Positions 28,331 to 40,030 of a DNA stretch of 64,000 bases are shown piece by piece. Position 1 is the first letter of the stretch; each line of letters opens with the position of its first letter. The notes under the pieces are model-generated. The model saw only the letters and a program-made list of their open reading frames with translations. It made no database searches and had not been told where the DNA came from. The position numbers and the translations under genes are program-made. This DNA comes from Octopus sinensis (Eukaryota): the NCBI RefSeq assembly GCF_006345805.1, contig NW_021833676.1:10597-74596 (forward strand), in the 5' to 3' direction.

Positions 28331-29363
28331 TGTGTCTAAACGGCTGCGATTTTGGCAATAGAAAAACATATATGAATAATATGGTAAAAAATTTATAACA
28401 GAAATAGTCAGATCTTAATTGATCCGATAAAGATAACATCTTAGCAGATTTCTTCAATAATCAGTTCCGATTGAGTGCAACTGTCGGGCATCACATATCT
28501 AAACCATATCGAGGACTGACCAAGAATCTTAGAAACTGGAAGATAAAAAATAAACTATAATCCCGAAAGATTAATAGGCGCTGGTGAGTTCCAAAGACGA
28601 ACAAGATAATTACTTGAAAACAATAATGTCTTTTATCAGTTTCAAGGAAAACATCGATCATAAAACGAAGAATGAAAGCAGATAAAGGGGAAACTATGAA
28701 AATAAATATGGAGGACTTTGAAAGAAATTGATCAGGTGTTTCGTATCCAATGTGACGAATTGATTATTATGACATGGTCTTTTGGCGTGTATGATGTATA
28801 GGCGTTGAGAATATCTTAACGACGAACAAACAAATAAAATGGAAGGAGCATTGGTGTCAAGATGCATTATTCATTTTGTGCAGAAAATGTGAATTACTAA
28901 GATAGGTATGATAGAAAAGCACAAAATTCCAACACAAACGTAGAATAGAGTGTAGGATCGCTTTTAAGAATAAAACTTTGTTCCTTTCTCCGTTGAAATA
29001 TAAATGAGAATATATGGAGTATAGAATATAGAATTCGTTGCATTTCATGAGATGCATATAAACGTGAATTCTCAAGCTTAGCGGTTGCCTTAATGAATAT
29101 GTGCACAGCAGGAGACAAACACAAGCGTACGCGTACACACTGCACACATACGTGCATATATACACAATTACACAAATTCGATCATATACACGTACACAAC
29201 AACTACACACACATACGAAATTTCACACATCATTTAGTTCTGTAGAAACGTTTATACATATCACAAGCTAGCCCAATGTAATTTTATGTGCGTGTCCATT
29301 TTGCGCATGTACACATACACACATATAAATCCATGCAAATATATCTATATCTATCTATCTATC

Positions 29364-29438
<75 letters not shown>

Positions 29439-29439
29439 A

Positions 29440-29575
29440 GAGTAGGGAAAAAAGGTGAAACAACGTACATAAAATAGTACTCAAACACTGGAGGCAGAGA
29501 AATGTGTTTTATTGATAACACTGCAAAGACATCTGGGTGAAAGTTCTTGTGATTTATGGCTGTTTTATTAATAAA
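29440..29575 (+). repeat. Diverged relative of the 29733 element's unique end
   Basis: AAATAGTACTCAAACACTGGAGGCAGAGAAATGTGTTTTTATT resembles AAAGAGTACTGAATACCAGAGGTAGAGTAATATGCTTTATT. Confidence 0.45.
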
Positions 29576-29584
29576 GTATATATA

Positions 29585-29618
<34 letters not shown>

Positions 29619-29656
29619 ATATATATATATATTATTATATATATATATATATTATA

Positions 29657-29729
<73 letters not shown>

Positions 29730-29840
29730 TAATATACCGGAGTAAGAACTTAAATGTGAAACAAGGTGGAAAAAAAGAGTACTGAATACCAGAGGTAGAG
29801 TAATATGCTTTATTTAAAAACAGCAGAAATATAACAAAAG

Positions 29841-29878
29841 CTGTTACTCGGAGTTGCACGTTCCCGTTCGTCGGACAG
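29841..29878 (-). ncRNA. Variant minimal type I hammerhead (mutated GAAA)
   Basis: Minus: CUGU-CCGACGA-ACG GGAA CGU-GCAA-CUCCGAGU-A-ACAG. Stems I, II and III are present; U4C and GAAA->GCAA deviate from the core. Confidence 0.55.
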
Positions 29879-29899
29879 TCTGTTCTTTTTTTAACAAAG

Positions 29900-29937
29900 C
29901 TGACCGACGAACGGGGACGTGAAACTCCGAGTAACAG
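29900..29937 (+). ncRNA. Variant minimal type I hammerhead
   Basis: CUGA-CCGACGA-ACG GGGA CGU-GAAA-CUCCGAGU-A-ACAG. It has a 3-bp stem II with tetraloop, a quasi-palindromic stem III and a GUA site; U4C variant with one stem I mismatch. Confidence 0.65.
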
Positions 29938-31620
29938 TTTTTGTTATATTTCTGCTGCTTTTAAATAAAGTATATTATATATATATACATATACTTAGAT
30001 ACATATACACACATATATGTACATCTACATTATCGATGTCACATGATTTATGTGTTGCTAACCGTGTTTTGAATGTGGTATTTCGTTGAGGGAAACCAGG
30101 GTAAATCCCTTTAAAGCAGTAATGTGATGCGAAACACTGCATGTTTTATAAACACATAACGTCTCCCAAATGGACTTTAACTGAACGAAATACTGCAGCC
30201 AAAAGCGTTTAACATCACAAATGCATTACGTAACGTGAATAATGTTTATATTATACAGCTGTTTCTAATTTAAAATGTCAATATATACATGTATACATCC
30301 AAGGAAGACCTGGGTGTAAAACGCTATACCCGGAAAAAGATCATTCTCGTGTATGTTTCATGAAGACTTGAAGATAGTAAGACAGTAAAACTGATATAAA
30401 GTGAAGTCTGCTTTGGACTCGTGACCTCTACGTCACATCACACTTCGAAAGCTGTGCATTTGAAATCCAAGAACTGAACATTGTTACTAAATGCCAAATA
30501 AAGTAGACAGTGAACACTTAGAGATCCAAGATGCCACTGAATATGTAAATTATGTCGTGTTTCTGTGAAAGATATCATACACGTGATACAGCTACCCCAA
30601 AATCTACGTCCCTATGCGTCTCTACGCTGCCGCATAAACAATACACAATGCCATTCGGAAAACACGCACACACACGCACACATACAAAGATAAATTGATA
30701 GATACAACTGAGTGGGCAAACCAAAATATGAGACACAGCCTAGTGCTTTTTTATGTTGATAAGCGTAGTACTTATTCTATTAGTTAAGGAATACGTATAG
30801 AAACATGAACTCAAAGAATACTGGTGAAAGGTTCTTATTAAAATATCTGTCCTGTGTAATCATAACAAACCTGATGTTGTTTGGGACAGGCGGGAAAATG
30901 TAGGTACCGTCATAGAGGTCAGCTGCCCTGCTAAGGTGAAAAAAAAAAACAGCAATCAGGGAACACGCTCAAAACAAGAAAAGGGAAGTTCCAAAGAGAC
31001 GGAAAAAATGTATTTTACTGGAAAGTACAGTGCGCATTTTGTGAAGCAAATGGGTACCAAATAGGCAGATAAATACAGAAACAAACGGATATTGGTAAAA
31101 CCCAGTCTGTTATAGGTAGAGTTAAAGAGCAAGAGTTACACACACACACACACCAAAAAAGGAGAAAATTTTCGCTTACACTAACAAGTCAGAAGAGAAA
31201 AACGAGATGGAAAATCGATTGAAATTCTGCCTTATGAGGTGTAATATCGCTACCAATATAACATGGCTTTCATACACTTTTAGACAATTGTTATCATTTA
31301 GCCCATAACAGTAACTGACAAAAAACTTAACTAATATATCTGAGAACAAAACACCAGACAGTGATCAACAACAATGGCTGAATAAAAAAAAAGAAAAAAG
31401 AAAATTCCAACGTTGTTTATAAATTATATATTCGCGTAATCATAATTTAAATCACACATAACGGAAACGAATTACTACAAAAATACAAACACACAAAAAC
31501 GTATAGGTATGTTTATACAAACACAAACATACACGCAAACAAACACCCACCCAAACACAGAAATATATATATATATATATGTGTGTGTTATATATATCTA
31601 ATATATATAACTTATACTTA

Positions 31621-31662
<42 letters not shown>

Positions 31663-31784
31663 TATATATATATATATGTAAGTATAAGTATATAGGTGTG
31701 AGTATGAAGCTACAAGAGTATAGATATGCACGTACATACAACACAAACACATATATAGACACACATGATCATGATAAAAAATAA

Positions 31785-31797
31785 AATAATAATAATA

Positions 31798-31869
<72 letters not shown>

Positions 31870-31871
31870 TG

Positions 31872-31907
<36 letters not shown>

Positions 31908-32045
31908 TAATAATAATAATAAAATAATATAATGATAATAATAATAATAATGATAATAATGATAATAATAATAATAATAATAATAATGAAATAATAATAA
32001 TAAGAATAATAATAAATAATATAATAAGAATAATAATGATAAGTT
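31785..32045. repeat. Long (AAT)n microsatellite
   Basis: Seen directly. Confidence 0.95.
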
Positions 32046-32359
32046 AGAAATTAGTTGATTATCTTTATGAACGGCCTTTGATATTCATGAATCGTATTCA
32101 AAATAATTCCGAGTGAATTATAAGGAAAAAAAGGCAATATAAATAACTCTTGTCTGTCGCTTCATGTTCCGATATTTATTATATTTATAATATCGTTCGA
32201 TCATTGTATTCCCTTCTGTTGTGTGCCTACGTATATCGATATATATAAATAGATATATATATATATAAAAGTATATATATATATATATATAATATATAGA
32301 TATATATATATATATAATATATATATATATAAAGATATATAAAAATATATATAGTATAT

Positions 32360-32395
<36 letters not shown>

Positions 32396-32399
32396 AAAG

Positions 32400-32432
<33 letters not shown>

Positions 32433-32435
32433 AAG

Positions 32436-32466
<31 letters not shown>

Positions 32467-33132
32467 TGTATTATGTAGGTGTGTATGTATGTATATCAAT
32501 ATTAGGTGGTGGCATTGATGTAGCTCCAGCAGAATATGAATCTAATATATATAATTGATTGGCTCTGTGGCTCTGTGGTTAACAAGTTTGTTTCACGACC
32601 AGGCTGTTCCTCTTGGCTGAAGCTTCCCCATTGAGCGGAACCTTGTTGAACCTTGTTTGAGTGTATTCATTCAATATAGCAGACAACAGGGGTTTGCTCG
32701 ATATAATCAATGCTGCGTTGAGAGTGGACTTATATAAGGCAGAAATGTGTGGGGGCCATCGTTTACATAACACACATACACACACATTCACCCATTTGTA
32801 TATATATCTATAAAGAAATAAATATACATAAAATTATATACATACGCATAAATATATATATGCGTATGTGTGCATGTGTGTATATGTGTATGTGTATGTA
32901 TAACCATATACATGTGTATGTATATATCTATATAAGTATATATACTCATAGATATATTTATATATATAGATGTGTATGTATATACATATAGACATGAATA
33001 CACATACACAAAAACACACACATGCATACATTTATAAATACATACATGCATTCGTATATACACACACATGTATGTATATGTATATCTCTCTATCTCTCTA
33101 TCTCTCTATCTCTCTATCTCTCTCTCTCTCTC

Positions 33133-33180
<48 letters not shown>

Positions 33181-33189
33181 TATATAGAG

Positions 33190-33450
33190 CTCTCGGCGGA
33201 CCAAAGCCTTGTGAGTGGATTTGGCAGACGAAAACTGGAAGAAACCTGTCGTATTATATATGCATATATACGTATTAGTGTGTCTGTGTCTGTCGCCCCA
33301 CCATCGCTTGGCAACCGATGCTGGTGCGTTTATAACGGCGTAATCTAGCGGTTCGGCAAAAGAGAGCGATAGAATAAGTGCCAGACTTACAAGGAATAAA
33401 TTCTGGGATCAATTAGTTCGACTAATGAATAACTAAAAGAATGAAAGAAC
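33190..33450 (+). mobile_element. Family A SINE, 5'-truncated
   Basis: GACCAAAGCCTTGTGAGTGGATTTGG...CAACCGATGCTGGTG...TAGCGGTTCGGCAAAAGAGA matches family A. Confidence 0.8.
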
Positions 33451-33719
33451 ATATGTATACAGACACGACAGAAGTAAATAGACATCCCATAAATCATCAT
33501 TTTATCTTTTGTTTTTTTACCATAACTTGTAAAATCTTTTATTAATTGACATTTTTTCTGTTTCAGGTTGTACAGAAAAAGGGTTGGAACTGCCTGAATT
33601 TTAATGAAGTCGTATTGTGGGTCAGTCGCTTAGGATCCCACTTTCTACAGCTATTAGAATGATTTTGCAATTGCCAAGCTTGGCTTGGCTTGGCTTGGCT
33701 TCGTTGGCTTGGCTTGGCT

Positions 33720-33765
<46 letters not shown>

Positions 33766-33867
33766 TATATATTCACGCGGACACGCTTATATACAGCATT
33801 AATATGTATAAAGATAAATCCATATACGTTTGCATTCATACAGCAGGCCTTCAAATGAGCCGGGGTC

Positions 33868-33930
33868 TTAGTGAAGGCATTTATGCCAGGTGTCACGGTA
33901 GAAATAAACACAAAATATATTGGTTGCAAC
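33868..33930 (-). repeat. Identical inverted copy of 21549-21611
   Basis: 63/63 identity. Confidence 0.9.
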
Positions 33931-33933
33931 AAC

Positions 33934-33968
<35 letters not shown>

Positions 33969-34084
33969 TGTTATTATTATTGAAAGCCAAAATGAGGCAG
34001 GGCATACGTGAACACTTACATAACGACATATACACAAACAAGTACAAAACCTCCCTCTACACGCATACACATATATACATATAC

Positions 34085-34132
<48 letters not shown>

Positions 34133-34486
34133 ATGTGTGTGTCTGTATGTATATATGTATTATATAATATATATATATAATATATGTGCGTGTGTAAGTA
34201 TCACTCTCTCAGCTTCTTTCTCTCTAGATAATAAACATATTTAGGCATATATATGTGCGTGTCGGTATTTATACAAAGTTGCAATCAATTGCTTGTTTAA
34301 ATCTACAAAAGTGCTTTGATAATCAGTTTTCTTTTCCAAACAAAAGATAGTTCGAAGAAAACTAGATAGATTGTGCGGCGCCCTTATTGTGCGCTGATAT
34401 TTTATACCAGCGTGTCTATGCATGCATATATATACACACGCGTATATATGTATATGTGTGTGTGTATGTATACATTTATAGATATA

Positions 34487-34551
<65 letters not shown>

Positions 34552-34617
34552 GTATATATATATACATAGAAACATATATATATATATACATATATGTATA
34601 TATATGTATATTATATA

Positions 34618-34660
<43 letters not shown>

Positions 34661-34741
34661 GCAAGAGTATTGTGTGTGTTTGTGTGTATGCGCGGATGTA
34701 TGGATGTGTGTATGTACCTTTGTATGAATATATGCTTCTAT

Positions 34742-35420
34742 CTCCGAACTTTCAGAACAAGAGAGAAGGAGACACTGATGGTCCTATGGAAAACATTTGT
34801 CCTCAGCCGCTTGGACTACTGCTCCCAACTTTGGTCACCACACAATATAAAACAAACAGCAGAACTCGAAGCAACTCAGAGAAGCTACACAAAGAAAATC
34901 GTCTCAATGCAAAATGTCAGCTACTGGGAAAGACTGAAGGTATTAAACCTCTTCTCCCTGGAGCGGAGGCGGGAGAGATATGCAGTGATATACATCTGGA
35001 AAATCCTGGAGGGTCTTGTCCCAACTTTGGCATTCAAAGTTACTCCAACCGCAGAACGGGGCGCCGCTGCGTGGTGCCAAGGATTCCAACATCACCATCA
35101 AAATACAGGTCCAGATACTGCAACAGCTTGGGTTTCAGAGGACCACAGCTCTTTAACATCCTCCCTAAATGCCTGAGAGACTTACATGGTGTGGATGTGG
35201 GTTTCTTTAAAACTAAACTGGATCTCTTCTTGTTGGGAGTCCCAGATGAACCTACCTCACGACAGGAGACACGGATGCGGGCAGCAACATCGAACTCCCT
35301 TGTTGATCAAGTGCCACGTATCAGAGGTGGATTCACAAACTAGCGTAGCTCATTCAGCGGTGGTGCCCCAGCATGGCCGCGGCCTTCGGGCTAAAACATT
35401 TTTATGGATTTAAGGATTTT
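34742..35420 (+). mobile_element. 5'-truncated CR1/L2-group LINE (ORF2 C-terminal region plus 3' UTR)
   Basis: [37 protein letters not shown]...LERRRERYAVIYIWKILEGLVP, a single frameshift near 35020, then NFGIQ...GPQLFNILPKCLR...FKTKLDLFL...TN* (stop 35341-35343). The 3' UTR carries CCCCAGCATGGCC and a (GATTTAAG)-like tail. Confidence 0.92.
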
Positions 35421-35557
35421 AAGATGTACATATGTATATGTAACAATTAGAGGCATGTATGTATATTTGTATACACACACAAAGATATATATATAGACAT
35501 ATATATATACATGTATATAATCATACACAGACAGACATACATATATGTATATTCATA

Positions 35558-35600
<43 letters not shown>

Positions 35601-36326
35601 AATAAATATATATATATATATATTGTATGTATGTATGTATGTATTTTTCTGCATGTGTGTATGTGTACGTGTGTGTGTTTGTGTTTTATTCGTGTTTTAT
35701 GTTTCATTGTCGAATCTGTGCAAGCGTTTTGTTTGTATACCTAACAATTACACAATATATTCTCAACGAAGTCTCTTAATACGAAACGCAAACACAACAC
35801 AAAGCAATCTTTTATAAATTCACGAGGTTTTTGTTTCAAATATTTTCCTACTCAGAGAAATCTGTATTAAATGTATTTTGATATATTTGATATAATTTGT
35901 TTATCAATAAAGTTAATTGTTTTATAATTACTATGAATCCTAAATTACAGAATGTGTGTTATATCTCCTTGAATTATTCTGATACTGTAGACATTCCTCT
36001 CCGAAATCAATTAGTATCTTAACAATGATCAAGACAGTATTACCGTTTCGAGTAAAATAAACAACTTAGTCGTGAAACTAAATACTTGCTTTATCATTTT
36101 CCGGACTTATTTTCTAATATTTAATTACATTATTCTTTTTTTTTTCCTTTTCAGAATATTTAAATAGAAAAGTTGTATTTTCAATAGAAATTAATTGAGT
36201 GTTTTCTGTTTCTTAAAAACCGATTGTTTTATATGAAGAGGATTAATCTTATATATTCTTTCAACATGAAGTCAATTGAAAAATTGGTAAAAAAATACTT
36301 CAATATTGTTCTAATCGCCTTCAGTC

Positions 36327-36625
36327 ATGAATGACCATAAGATTGCACCTAGAAGGTTATCCTCCCTGGCACAAATCTGGTCAAGGTTATTTATGGAAGA
36401 CCATCGGTCGCCCATGCATACCGGCCTCACCTCTTCACGCCACCGATGTTATCCAAGGGAAAGGCAAAGGGGCCGATACAGCTCTGCACCAGTGACGTCG
36501 CAGCTCATTTATTAACGTGCAAGTGGCTGAGCACTCCACAGACACGTGTACGTTGTTCTCGGGCAGATTCAGCGTGACACGGAATGTGACAAGTCTGGCC
36601 CTTTAAAATACAGGTAAAACAGAAA
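36327..36625 (-). mobile_element. Chimeric SINE fragment: family B tail joined to family D tail
   Basis: 36510-36625 is the reverse complement of the 23085-23225 region. 36327-36510 is the reverse complement of the 63590-63770 region. Confidence 0.75.
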
Positions 36626-36784
36626 CGGGAAGAAAGAGTGGGCAATAGGGAATCGAAACCCCGATTCTACGATTCTACGAAACCCTGATTCTTCCACTGG
36701 GCGATTGCGCCTCCACACACACATATCTATTACATATATTTTATATATATATCTATATATATATATATATATATTTATATACAT

Positions 36785-37484
36785 ACATGCATACATACGT
36801 TCATACATACGTTAATACATACATACATACATACATACATACATACATACATACATACATACATACATACATACATACATACATACATACATACATACAT
36901 TATGGCTGCCCCCTCGTTATCGAGTCTGGCCATTGCACGAAGCTTAACTGTTACTGGTGCTGTGATCGAATGTGGCTTTTTAGCCCACCTAAAGATCTAC
37001 AATGTCTTGTACAAAATTAGCAACTAAAACTTTTACTGGTAATAGCCGGCTGTAGTTGTAACTGGGCTTCATGTACCTTTGCATGTCGTTTAAGTCCCCC
37101 TGCCGAATTACACTCTCTTCCACATGCCCGACTGATATGATTAGTATGGTGTGATACACCACCACTAGTGGCCAGGTTGTCACTCATCTGTCTCGTTTTA
37201 TGACTACGAAGATGACTCATGAGTCCAGCTTTACTGACGCAGGGTCTTGCACAGACATTGCATGTCAGAATCAAAGGAAGACCCTTCCCTTCTGGAAGTG
37301 TAACAGCGATGCCCTTCCTGACATCCCTCCTTACTTTCTCATGTACAACTCGAGATTTCTCAAACGTGGCTGTCCCCTCATGCACAATCCTTCTCCACCT
37401 GCTACGATCAATAGCTATGCCTTCCCATGTGTCAAGAGAGATGCAAGCATCTCTTAAGGAAGCCTTCAGCAAGTCCTTATACTA
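36785..37484 (-). mobile_element. 5'-truncated RTE-clade LINE with C-terminal C2H2-like zinc fingers
   Basis: YKDLLKASL...WEGIAIDRSRWRRIVHEG resembles the RTE ORF end. Fingers: CNVCARPCVSKAGLMSHLRSH, (S)RACGRECNSAGGLKRHAKVH, C*FCTRHCRSLGGLKSHIRSQH, final stop 36951-36953. Short 3' UTR and an (ATGT)n tail at 36785-36900. Confidence 0.85.
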
Positions 37485-37599
37485 CATACATACATACATA
37501 CATATATACATACATACATACATACATATACATACATACATATACACATACATATATAATATACATATACTATATGAATATTATATATATATATATAAT

Positions 37600-37634
<35 letters not shown>

Positions 37635-37835
37635 CTATATATAATATAATATATATATAATTTTCTGATCTTCAGATTTTTCAATATACTAGGACTGGTT
37701 TTAAATTGACAATAATCAAGTTAACATTCAATTTTTCACCTTTATTATATATATATATACATACACACACACATACACCACCACACACACACTCACACAC
37801 ACACACACACACACCACCACACACACACACACACA

Positions 37836-37870
<35 letters not shown>

Positions 37871-38072
37871 CTTTATTTTAAGCAGCAGAAAATTCAACAA
37901 AATCTGTTACTCTGAGTTTCTCGTTGCGTTCATCAGACAGTTTTTGCTAGAATGGAACTGATATATTCCATTCTGTTGAATTTTCTGCTGCTTAAAATAA
38001 AGCATATTACTCTACCACTGGTATTTGAGTACTCTTTTTTCCACCTGTTTCACATTTATGTGTTTACTCCGG

Positions 38073-38076
<4 letters not shown>
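37871..38076 (-). mobile_element. Fold-back Penelope-like element, same family as 29733-29977
   Basis: Inverted arms CTTTATTTTAAGCAGCAGAAAATTCAACA / TGTTGAATTTTCTGCTGCTTAAAATAAAG. Shares the unique end ...TTTACTCCGGTATA and is flanked by (TA)n. Confidence 0.8.
37904..37940 (-). ncRNA. Minimal type I hammerhead ribozyme (canonical core)
   Basis: Minus: CUGU-CUGAUGA-ACGCAACGA-GAAA-CUCAGAGU-A-ACAG. The CUGANGA and GAAA core is intact with a GUA cleavage triplet. Stem I extends (CAAAA/UUUUG); the stem II closing pair is A-A here. Confidence 0.75.
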
Positions 38077-38138
<62 letters not shown>

Positions 38139-38958
38139 GATATAATATGTATATATAATTATATATATATATGTGTGTGTGTAATTGACAATGACTGGTA
38201 ACTCTAATTTGAAATGCGTAAAAATATTTTCTTTCAACCTACGATTGCACGGATGTGTTTATTTGCAATAAAACGCTTCCAGAAAAATACTCATAAAGTT
38301 ACGAAAGTAATAAAGCGTTGTAGTGTACATACGTACGTTGTCACCTTCACTCTTCATATTTTCGCTAAACCTTCTTCTTACGTCCGTTACGAAGAGAATG
38401 TCTGTGTTTATAAGAGTGTTTTCTCTTTTCAATTATTGTTATTTTTTGTATATATTTCCCAACGTGTCCATCACTCCCACTACATTTCTTGTTTACGATT
38501 GTATTTTAGAAATATTTAATTTGCCTTGTGGCTTGTACAAGCTGCTAGCATTTCTGTGGCAGCAAGTAATTAACTTTTTTCGGTGAGAAAATATCTCAAG
38601 AGCTGCGTCGCGGTAAAAAAAAATAATAAGAAAGACCTGTTTGTCTCTAAGTGTACTTTTGCATCTGCTTATGGTTGAAGGACACAAAATACCTTTCGCC
38701 ACACTTCAATGTAACGTCACACAACACATAATAAACTCACATTCGCACACACCCAGGTGTACACACACGCACATAGACACATACACAAAACAATATAAAC
38801 ACATGCAGATATAAACGCACACACAGGCGAAAATACAAACATACGTACACGTACACGCATTCATCCATCTAAAAATTAATTTCGAAATAATTTTTGAAAA
38901 AACTGAAAAGCAATACAAAAATCAAAGCGATTGTCACAAACGCGAAAGAAAAGCGAAA

Positions 38959-39200
38959 TACAGCAATCGCTCTCTATATCACGCACTGAATACTTCGCGG
39001 ATTTTTCTGGCTAATATTCCTCAGTATACTGCGGGTTTCTGCGGCCGAGAGGTATTTATATTTTTAAAAAAATGTAATTACTTCTCTGGTGAAAGAAGCC
39101 GTTTCACACCTAAAAATTATGAATTGATAAATATAAACAGAGTACAGCACTGCACTGTATATTACATTAATTAAAATATATTAAAAGAAAATAGGTAGCG
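38959..39200 (+). mobile_element. Possible Tigger/pogo-like MITE remnant
   Basis: TA-CAGCAATCGCTCTCTATATCACGC...TTCGCGGATTTT resembles pogo/Tigger termini. No matching second end was found. Confidence 0.3.
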
Positions 39201-39674
39201 TACCTATTTCACTTCCCGTCTATCAAATCACAAGGCTGTGTCAGTGTGTGTCAGTGTGTGACAATCAGTGCTGATGTGTTTACGTCACCGTAACATCAAC
39301 TATTAAGGACCATTAAGATGTATCACTGGTCCTGTTCCTCACATTATTGCCGTATACGAATACACGTAATGGCTTCTAATATTTATGCTCAGGAGAATAT
39401 TCTGCAAAGTTGTGGCTTCTTTATTGGAGGTTGAATATTCATCACATACTAAAATGATTTCCATGTTGTCATATGTTACGATAACATATTAATGTTGCAA
39501 GATTATGTCATCTTAACATTATCTGCGAATATATTTGTCCCTCACTCGCTTGTTTATAGAGTTATGAAAGTGTAATGGCCATAGTAACTGTCACTCTGCT
39601 GCAAACAAATATATAACTCCAATGGATTTGCGGATTAATCATGTGCAAAGCAAGAAAGAAATAATTTATCTTTC

Positions 39675-40030
39675 GTTTCAGAATCGTTAAACTGGAGCCA
39701 CGCTGGAGCACCCCTTTGAAGAATTTCAGTTGAAGGAATCGAGCCAGTGCTTATTTTGTAAAACCTAATTCTTATGCTATTGATATCAGTTGCCGAACTG
39801 CTAAGTTACGGGGTACAAACACACCAACACCGATTATCAAGTGGTGATAGGGGAGTAACACTAAAAGACACATGTACTTATATATATATATATATATATA
39901 TATAGGGCTTCTTCCAGTTTCCATTTACAAACGGCTTTGGTTTGCTAGTAGATACAGTAGAAAACATCTGTCCCAGGTGTCACGCAGTGGAACTGGACCC
40001 GGAACAATCTGGTTTTGGAAGCTAACTTGA
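39675..40030 (-). mobile_element. Family A SINE, old diverged copy
   Basis: Colinear with 258-742, including the internal TA tract, but with many substitutions. Confidence 0.75.

Larger units (their letters stand above)
29733..29977 (+). mobile_element. Fold-back Penelope-like non-autonomous element with ~78 bp inverted arms
   Basis: Arms 29801-29878 and 29900-29977 are near-perfect inverted repeats around a 21-nt spacer. The unique 5' segment is shared with 37871-38076. Embedded in (TA)n. Confidence 0.8.
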
